64,000 nt of DNA from Eledone cirrhosa (lineage: Eukaryota), in assembly GCA_964016885.1 (NCBI GenBank), contig OZ024747.1, positions 8,990,001 through 9,054,000 of the forward strand, in the 5' to 3' direction. The notes below the pieces were generated by a model. It saw only the letters and a program-made list of their open reading frames with translations. It did not search any database and was not told where the DNA came from. The position numbers were made by a program, and so were the translations under genes. Below are positions 55,562 to 64,000 of the stretch, in pieces (the stretch's first letter is position 1; the number at the start of each line of letters is the position of its first letter).

Positions 55562-55780
55562 AGTCGATTGACTTTCGTCAAATCGGACCGAGGAATCAAT
55601 GTTTCTGTTGGTCTTTCCAATTGCTAATACTTTTTATCGGTCGCAACTCCAGGTAGAAGGAACAACGTGAAATAAAGTGTCTTGCTCAAGGACATAACGC
55701 ATCGCCCGATCCAGGAATCGAACTCAAAACTTCACGATTGTGAACCCAATTCTCTTACCACTCAGCCATGCGCCTTCACT
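55562..55780 (-). mobile_element. SINE family B with a third tail type, ending in (TA)n
   Basis: Same head/CORE-like block plus a tail reading GACCAA..GAAACATTG..GGTCCGATTTGACGAAAGTC. Twin at 61722-61940. Confidence 0.8.
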
Positions 55781-56429
55781 AAGGGTTTTTTGTTAATAAA
55801 TACAACTAATAAAATTGTAGGTGGAGTTTGAAGAAGTTTTTGTTGACTAGTGAGTATCTGAAAGTTCTTTGGAACTAAGGGAATGTCACTACAGACACAG
55901 GGACATATTATTGATAAGGCTGACTTGGCTGACGGCTAGGAGACCTGCAGAATATACAGGTCTGTCAATTTATATATTTTTAAATTTCTTTTTTTTGTTG
56001 TTGTGGGGTGAAAGATTGAAGTGCCATAAGGTATCCAAAATACCCAAAAGGCTAGCTGCCTGGCCATGGTTTGATATGTCCTAGCACAGGTATCCCCATA
56101 CATATCCAAACTGACATCCAGGACTGACTGGGCTGTAGCCAAGGGGCTCCAAATTATAAGGTATGCCAGGGTCCCCAAATTATTATAATATATGGTCCCA
56201 GATTATGCTATTCCTCAGAGATAATTCAATTTAACTTGAAGTAATGTGTTCTTTTCCTTGCTTTGTAAACATTCTATCTGTTTTTTTTTCATTTTATATT
56301 TATTATTTAGTGGTGTATCTGTTACACTTAAGACGTTATTTATTATATGGAGGTGTGTTGGTTGCACTTAAGTTTCAATTCACCTCCAAAATTTGGATTT
56401 ACATTAATTAATTTTTTTTTTCTTTTCAG

Positions 56430-56509
56430 AACTGTTCTTCTTAGATATCAAGATTGATGAAAAGGGAAGAAATCCTTAAAACTGAGAATTATATTTCTCT
56501 TGGCATTCA
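56430..56509 (+). other. Probable 5'-UTR exon 2 of the ZNF gene
   Basis: Strong acceptor (long T tract, tcttttcAG at 56428-56429). Weaker donor CA|GTTAGC at 56509/56510. Confidence 0.5.
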
Positions 56510-56764
56510 GTTAGCATTGTTTGGCATTCAAATACAAAGAAGAAGAACAACAATAATTGTTTCTAACGTTCGCATAAGGACAGTAATTTGAAGGAAGAGG
56601 AAAGTTAATTATATCGACCCCAGAATTTAACTTGTACTTTATTTTATTGACCCTGGAAGTATGAAAGGCAGAGTTGACCTCAGCAGGATTTGAACTCAAA
56701 ACGTAAAGAACAGGAACCCTAACCCTAACAATTTTGCCAATAATTAGGGTCTGAAGAAGGAAAT

Positions 56765-57120
56765 AATTCCTGTAGTAAAAGGTGCCTTGGGAATGATAAA
56801 AGAAAAATGCTGACAAATACATAAACAATATCCCAGGACTTATATATACAACATAGAGAAGATAATTGTTTCTACTTTAGGCACAAGGCCAGCAATTGCC
56901 CAGTGCATTACTGGTACTTTATTTTATCGACCCCGTAAGGATGAAAGGCAAAGTCAACCTCGGCGGGATTTGAACATAGAGAAGATAATATTACCAGGCT
57001 AGTACACACATTATGTAGAGTACTTTCAACATTATAGAAACATCAACACCAAACAAATAACACTGCACATACCCAAGGACCACAAAGCTGTGTTCGGTAA
57101 TGCAGTGATAGCATGCAATA
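56765..57120 (+). mobile_element. 3' end of the same R4-like LINE family, split by SINE A
   Basis: PVVKGALGMIK..ADKYINNIPGL. Its 3' UTR (CTGCACATA..GTAATGCAGTGATA) matches that of 11075-11455. Confidence 0.7.
56867..56972 (-). mobile_element. SINE family A, 5'-truncated, in the ZNF intron
   Basis: 17-bp TSD AACATAGAGAAGATAAT at 56850-56866 and 56973-56989. Confidence 0.9.
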
Positions 57121-57171
57121 GAATTTGAAGATTTACTGTTTTATTTTTATGTAGTATTCAATTAAGATAAG

Positions 57172-58386
57172 ATGGATTGCCATAAGTCTGTCCATAACAA
57201 CAACTTTTGCCACAAACAACAGTCTTGTCTACAAGGACAGACGGTTATACCAATGATGGCTGTTTCTCCGACTGTTACTAATGGAAATTGCTTTATACAA
57301 CAACATCAACATCAGCAGCAACATCAACATCAACAGCAACAACCTTGTCAACAACAACAACAACCACATATTTTGCATACAGATGTTAAAATGTTCAATC
57401 AAATTATCAATTGTGATGGAAGTTTGTCCACCAACTCTCAAAATTCACAAAGCAGTGACAAAGATACTTGTTGTAGAAGCTGCTCTTGTGCTAACAGTGT
57501 GTGCAACACAGACAATTGCACTGAGATGAGCAATTGCAGTAGCAGTTGCAGCAATATGATGGGTTGCACTGAAGCTTGCACTGAAAGCCTTAGCATGTTT
57601 TCTGCAGAAGACAGTGATGCCAACAAACGGTTCCAGTGTGATTTATGCAGCAAAAAATTCACACGGCGTGACACTTTACAGATACATCGTAGAGTACACA
57701 CTGGCGAAAGGCCATTCAAGTGTGATGTTTGTCCAAAGTCATTTGCACAGCGTGACAAACTTCAAATACATAGGCGTATCCATACAGGAGAGAAGCCGTA
57801 CCAGTGTAGCTTTTGTCCCAAAAATTTTGCTCGAAGAGATACCTTGAAAATTCACCTGCGAACCCACACTGGAGAACGACCGTTTTATTGTGAGGTTTGT
57901 GAAAAATGTTTTGCACAAAGAGACCAACTGCACATTCATAAACGCACTCACACTGGAGAGAAACCTTTCCAATGTGACATCTGCATTCAACGGTTTGCTA
58001 GACGAGACACATTGCAGATTCATCGTAGAATCCATACAGGCGAGAAACCATTTCGCTGTGAAGTTTGTGGCAAGCTCTTTGCCCAGACAGGGAAACTTCA
58101 ACGGCACAAGCGAACTCACAAACAGCAAGAGATAGTGAAAGTTAACTTTGGTTCCTCTGTTCCACCTCTAATGCTGCCTTGTAACACATGTCCTGATGTG
58201 AAGGAAGAACAAACAGAGTGTACACCAGAAGCTATTGGTTATGCAAAAGGGGATAATTTGCAAATGGCAGCTACTGAGAACCCTAACAGGGAATGCAATA
58301 ATAAAGAATATATTTCAAAGGAGTATTCAACTGTAAACAGTAATCTTTGGCAATCGCTTACTTCAACAATCATTACACCATCATGA
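57172..58386 (+). CDS. C2H2 (Kruppel-type) zinc-finger protein, 404 aa, 6 fingers, N-terminal Q/H-rich and Cys-rich regions
   Basis: Intact ORF with six CxxC-x12-HxxxH fingers joined by TGERPF/TGEKPY/TGEKPF linkers (57631-58119). A polypyrimidine acceptor (ttttatttttatgtAG, 57153-57154) lies 17 nt upstream of the ATG. Confidence 0.95.
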   Translation: MDCHKSVHNNNFCHKQQSCLQGQTVIPMMAVSPTVTNGNCFIQQHQHQQQHQHQQQQPCQQQQQPHILHTDVKMFNQIINCDGSLSTNSQNSQSSDKDTCCRSCSCANSVCNTDNCTEMSNCSSSCSNMMGCTEACTESLSMFSAEDSDANKRFQCDLCSKKFTRRDTLQIHRRVHTGERPFKCDVCPKSFAQRDKLQIHRRIHTGEKPYQCSFCPKNFARRDTLKIHLRTHTGERPFYCEVCEKCFAQRDQLHIHKRTHTGEKPFQCDICIQRFARRDTLQIHRRIHTGEKPFRCEVCGKLFAQTGKLQRHKRTHKQQEIVKVNFGSSVPPLMLPCNTCPDVKEEQTECTPEAIGYAKGDNLQMAATENPNRECNNKEYISKEYSTVNSNLWQSLTSTIITPS

Positions 58387-59027
58387 AAAACATAGATGGT
58401 ATTGGTGGAATAATGGTGGTACTATTACTACTACTTCTGGTGATGGGATTAGAATTGTGATGGTGATGGCCGTAGTGAAGAAACTGATTTTTCTTTTTTA
58501 AAACGTTGCCTGTTTATAAATGTTTTCATTTTTTTTAAAATTAGAAATGTAATTTTCAATTGCTGTTTTAAATGTTTAAAATATATTTTATATGATTTTA
58601 GAGGTTACAAGAAAAATTACAAAAATTGAAAAAAAAAAAAATGGAATATTGTTAAAAAATAATGTTTGATAAGTTTATTCTCCAAATTGTAGCGGAAATA
58701 AGGAGTAAGAACTTGTCAGTTTGATAGAATATTACTGGTGCATAACTCAAGATATTGATCTATCTTGTCTGGTCACTGGTGCTCTGTCCTCAACCCCACA
58801 TATATACATGCAATCACTTAACCCTCCCATCATCATCTTCCTAGTAGATACAATGACAAGGTATACTTTGTAGCTCTAAGTATCATGGTTGCTACATGAT
58901 TGATAAGTGTTTTGTTATCTTGTAGAGCTTAGCTCAAATCCTCATAATGGCTTAGAGAAGAGACAACAAAGAACCATTCGCATTACTTGTATGTGTTTCA
59001 AAGATCCCTTGAGATCTATCTATAGAG

Positions 59028-59297
59028 TAATGGTTCCCAACATGGGATCTGCAAAGTTAGTGCCAGAGGTTCATGAGCTAAGTTCAAAATTTCAAGTACT
59101 TTGTTAAAAACATAATATACATATAATATATACACACTATTGGGTATCCATTCTTATCTAAGTATAACAAATTTTCTCTTTCCTTTGTTATTCTTTCCAT
59201 TAAACAATCAGGGAGGAAAGTAATTGTAGGGAGGGTCTGTAGGAAAATTCATTTAAATAAAAGGGGTCTTTGTTAGTGGAAAATTTTGGAGCCACTG
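59028..59297. mobile_element. hAT (Charlie-like) MITE
   Basis: (C/T)A(G/A)TGGTTCCCAA...TTGGAGCCACTG, with imperfect 8-bp TSD CTATAGAG/CTCTTGAG. Another hAT-like left end is at ~8008. Confidence 0.55.
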
Positions 59298-60897
59298 CTC
59301 TTGAGAAACAGTTGACACTCTAGTAGTCTTAATCCATCATCTGGTTTAACACCACTACCTGTCTATTGGGTGCCTTTGATAGAGTTTACTATGTTGCAAG
59401 GATCTGACCCAGATATCTGGTTCGGAGATAACCCCCACACCCCTCAGCAGTCTTGGTGTGTCTGAAAAAATAAAGTATTATGGGTAATAGGTTACTCATT
59501 TTAAAAATAGAAACCAAGACAATTTCTTTCATTTTTAAGGTTATAAGAATGTATTCCTTCTTTTCTTTAAAAAAAAAAATAGACAATTTCTAAGATTTTA
59601 TCGGAAAACTAAAAAATGAAATTATCTCTAAGATCCTTCAGCTATAATTTCTGTTATTTGTTTCTGCTAAATATTCCTCTCATTATTTCCAGCAAGAAAC
59701 AAAATAAGGTTCAGCACAAACAAACATACAATCGAGAATTTTCTTTTTTGTTAATTAGTATGGGGCCAAATTTATGAAAGAAAGAAGATAATTCACTGGG
59801 TTTTTTTTAATGATGATAAACATTTAAAAGAGTTTTGATTGCAGAAATATTATAATATCCTTGTTAATCTTTCTTAATTTATCTTTAGTTCGTCAGTAGA
59901 ATATTACATGGAACCATGGGTGTTACGGCTGTTAGAGCTCTCCACCTGCCTAACTTTTCATTGAAAAGAAATAATAGTGAGGTTGAGTGTAAAATAATGT
60001 TTTGGTATTTTAACATTTATATATATATATACAAATAGAAAGAGAGAAAAATAGGAAAAAAAGAGGGAGGAAAGGGGAAAACTCTCCACCCCTTTTTTTT
60101 TGTGGTATATCTCTGCTATGCCTTGTGGACAAGAAGGCAAAAGTACTGCTGTGGAGAACAGCCAGCAATGCCTGCTGCATCAGCCATTTCACCTTATGGG
60201 TTTCTTCTTCAGACCTTGATGCCCTCTTATCAATTTTGCAAAAGAAAAGGACAATCTGGGAACCAAGAATACCAAATGTGTTGTGGGTAACTGGCACAAA
60301 AAGGAAACATTCATCTAATGCCTGGTATTTAATTATCTTCCACTCTTTTGTGGTAGTTCAGAGACCAAAAAATACCAGAGATCTTACAAAGATCTCACAG
60401 AGGTCTCAATGGTAAACAGTACAAAAAGGAAATGATTAATCAAAGCCTGGTACTTAGTGATCTTTCACTTCTCTGTGGCAGTCTAGGGACTAAAGACACC
60501 AGAGGTCTCGATAGTGACCAACACAATAAGGAAACAGTTAAAACTTGGTATTTAGTTATCTTCCTCTCCTGTTAACATATTTGGCATCATCTAGATATTA
60601 TATGGTTCATACAAGCACAATCTTTTTTTTTTGTTTTTGTACACTACATTTGATTCCTCTTCTACCTAGTTTTTCTCTCAGCTTGTCCATGCTTGTTCAT
60701 CCTTGCTTCATTTCTCTCCAGCCTCCACATGTCCACTGCTTTTACTGCCTATGTTTCACTTACATGCAACATCATACTTTGCCCTGTTATTTATATTGAT
60801 ATTCATATGTATGGAAAGTGCATGATTGTTCTTATGTATGGTGAGAGTCCCCTTGTTAGCTGAGAAGGATATCCAGCTGGTGATGAACACCTTGCCA

Positions 60898-61084
60898 TTG
60901 TGGATTGGCAGTATCGGTAGAGGGTCGGACGCCATGCTTTCCAGCATAGTTACGTCCCTTTACGATCTGAGTTCAAATCCCGCCGAGGTTGACTTTGCCT
61001 TTCATCCTTACGGGGTCGATAAAATAAAGTACCAGTAATGCACTGGGTAATTGCTGGCCTTGTGCCAAAAGTAGAAACAATTAT
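60898..61084 (+). mobile_element. SINE family A, near full length
   Basis: GGATTGGCAGTATCGG...GAGTTCAAATCC...GTAGAAACAATTATT. Older diverged relatives at ~6728-6860, 11570-11790, 21190-21350, 29870-30000, 47300-47490, 56555-56745. Confidence 0.9.
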
Positions 61085-61673
61085 TTGAGTTTAGACCTAT
61101 TGTAAATACTGGTCGAAGCAGTTAATGAATTCCAGATTAAGGTTTTGTGTAGCTATACATTTCCTTTATCTACAGATAAAATTAAACTCAGGACTGCAAG
61201 TTCAGAAACAACTTGTCAATTCTACTGTATTATTGAAAGCGTTTGGCACAACATTGTAAGGCTGTGAGTTTGATTTCCTGTGGCACATTGTGCCTTTCAG
61301 CAAGACACTTTATTTCATGTTGCTCCAGTCCACTCAGCTAGCAGAAATGAGTTACACCTGTAGTTCCAAAAGCCAGCCTTGTTACATACTGTGTTATGCC
61401 GAATCACCCTGAAGTACTCGTGTCTGCGACATGCTCAATAATTTCACAAGTTCCATTGTTTGAACACTGAACATCATAAGCATCAGCGGTCCAACTCAAT
61501 CACATAGCCACAACCTAGTGTTATAAATTTGTCTTATCCTGCATTCCTGTATTACATATTTAGTTATTAAACTGTGTCATTTGATAGAGAAGTATTTTAG
61601 GCCAGGAACAGGATATGAACTGGCAACCTCCTGGTTTGTTTGGCACTCTATTGACTTGGCTGCCTACACTGTT

Positions 61674-61710
<37 letters not shown>

Positions 61711-61721
61711 ATATATATTTT

Positions 61722-61939
61722 AAACGATCGACTTTCGTCAAATCGGACCGACGAAACAATGTTTCCGTTGGTCTTTCCAATTGCTAATACTATCTATCGG
61801 TCGCAACTCCAGGTAGAAGGAGCAACGTGAAATAAAGTGTCTTGCTCAAGGACATAACGCATCGCCCTGTCCAGGAATCGAACTCACAACCTTACGATTG
61901 CGAATCCAATTCTCTAACCACTCAGCCACATGCCTTCAC

Positions 61940-61940
<1 letters not shown>
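61722..61940 (-). mobile_element. SINE family B with the third tail type
   Basis: Near-identical to 55562-55780, embedded in (TA)n. Confidence 0.8.
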
Positions 61941-61973
<33 letters not shown>

Positions 61974-62537
61974 ATATATATACATATATATGTGTATATA
62001 TATATATATAACAATGACAGTGAGTAAAATTGAAGTTGCAGCTGTGGTTAGTGTCAGTCAAAAGATCAATCCCCAGAAGCTTGCAAGAGCACTCAATAAG
62101 ATGATATCGATAAGTTAAATCTTAGAGTAATAAAGTGAGAGAGAGAGAGGTATAACCCTAACTGTGGCGTCAAATGGTTTTAACTTGTTTGTTCAGCAAG
62201 CCTATTCATGGGTGTACTGTGGTAGTGACAAAGAAGGTATCTGGCTGTAAAACACTACCTAAAAAGAACATTGTTACCGTTGGGACCACCCCTCCCTTAT
62301 CAGGTAAAATTATCTTTAAATGGTTGTTGTTATTAGCATATTTTACTACTTTTCCAAAATAGAGCATTCTTCAGTATGCTCTATTTAGCATGAAACCAAG
62401 TCAAACTGTTTTTCCAAGATGGCTAACTAACAACAACACATTTTCTCCCCACTCTACATTCCCCCTTTTTTTAAATTCTCATCTGTTTTTCTTTTTCTTC
62501 TCTCTCCCAAACATCCCTTCTCTTCTCTCTATTTCCA

Positions 62538-62573
62538 TCTTCCGATGAAGGACTAGAGTCCGAAACGTTAAGA
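62538..62573 (+). ncRNA. Minimal type-I hammerhead-ribozyme-like motif (Penelope-type), variant core
   Basis: TCTT-CCGATGA-A-GGAC(TAGA)GTCC-GAAA-CGTT-AAGA: helix I UCUU/AAGA, 4-bp helix II, self-complementary AACGUU helix III. The core has C in place of the canonical U4. Confidence 0.5.
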
Positions 62574-62717
62574 CACGTTTCCAACTCTATTAGGCATTAA
62601 ACTTATAAGCCATTATAGTATTGCATTGTACACTTGTATTGCTTTTTGTTGTTGACATTTCTTATAATATACACATATATATTTTTCTTCCTCGTAATCG
62701 TCTCTTTCTCCCTGTTT

Positions 62718-63417
62718 TTATATATATATATATATATAAAAATAGATATATATAAATAGATAGATATATATATATATATACATAGATATATATAGATATA
62801 GATATATATAAATTTATATAGATATAGATATATAGATATATATAAATAGATAGATATATATATAGATATATATATATATATATATATATACATAGATATA
62901 TATAGATATATATAAATTTATATAGATATAGATATATAGATATATATAAATAGATATATATATAGATATATATAAATATATATATAGATATATATAAATA
63001 TATATATAGATATATATAAATATATATATAGATATATATAGATATAGATATATATAGATATAGATATATATAAATATATATAAATATCTATAGATATAGA
63101 TATATATAAATATATATAAATATATATATAAATATATATATATAAATAGATATATATATATATATATAGATGTATGTAGATATATATATATATATACATA
63201 TAGATATGTATATAGATATATATATATATATATATACATATAGATATATATATAGATGTAGATATATATATATATACATGTAGATATATATATATATACA
63301 TATAGATATATATAGATGTAGATATATATATATATACATGTAGATATATATATATATATATACATGTAGATATATATATATATATATATATCTATATAGA
63401 TATATATACATACATAT

Positions 63418-63450
<33 letters not shown>
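62718..63450. repeat. GA(TA)n / (GATATA)n compound microsatellite
   Basis: Direct inspection. Confidence 0.95.
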
Positions 63451-63451
<1 letters not shown>

Positions 63452-64000
63452 TGTAAAGAGGTAACTGAGACTGCATTTTTAGTATAGAGAGATATCTAAA
63501 TTTTTCATTAATTAACTGAAATACAGTATATTTAATTAGAAATGTGGTAATGAAAGAGTTAATCAGAGCGCTGTTCCTATGTTGCACTCCCAAAGTGCCT
63601 TTCTTCACATTCCCCTGCTAGGGATCTCTGAATGATCTTATGAATAAAGTAATATAAAAAAAAATATTAACGTTTCCTAAATATTGAGGGATTGTAAATA
63701 ACTGGGTTTTACTGCAGTTTTATGCCGTTATGTGGATGAGTGGTAAATTTCATATTGAATAAGATACCAGTCTACCTCAGGTAACACTCATAGTAACTAT
63801 TCCAGACAAGTGAACTAAAATATTTATAGTTAAGGATATTATTTAAATACATAATGAAATATTTACTGTAAATTTGAACTGAAAATTTAAATATTGAGAA
63901 TATCATTGTAATTCAGCCATTTCATTTCTATAGCGGAGCTGTTAGGCCTATATATGCTGACAATTGAATAAATCTAAATCAAATTACTCTATTTAACTAT

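Noticed and set aside
56716-56750. Telomeric-like AACCCTAACCCTAA..TTAGGG
   Set aside because: Only two units, inside a decayed SINE.
57438-58135. Antisense and alternative-frame ORFs over the zinc fingers
   Set aside because: A usual by-product of C2H2 codon structure, with no independent support.
60898-60985. tRNA genes at SINE heads
   Set aside because: A/B boxes are present but there is no complete cloverleaf, and they run straight into SINE bodies.

Overview
AT-rich, microsatellite-saturated animal genomic DNA. The SINE/LINE repertoire and the single-coding-exon C2H2 gene suggest an octopod cephalopod (Octopus sp.); this is inferred from repeat recognition, not a database search. The only well-supported protein-coding gene is a 404-aa, six-finger C2H2 zinc-finger gene (57172-58386, +), with two probable upstream 5'-UTR exons. 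The rest is a transposon graveyard. It holds a fossil piggyBac transposase with many TTAA-type MITEs, a non-autonomous Helitron, Tc1/mariner and hAT MITEs, and fragments of RLE-type (R4-like, HERO-like), L1/Tx1, CR1 and RTE LINEs. There are also several tRNA-derived SINE families, some young with clean TSDs, and Penelope-like remnants with perfect palindromes and a minimal hammerhead-like motif. The most intriguing signals are: (1) strictly alternating recognition helices in the zinc-finger array, suggesting a reader of periodic repeat DNA; (2) fold-back palindromes centred just upstream of a hammerhead-like GAAAC; (3) a SINE whose 3' tail occurs as 1-6 concatenated copies; and (4) a multi-switch templated insertion. 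Most ORFs in the supplied track are microsatellite artefacts. Coordinates of degenerate repeats are approximate.
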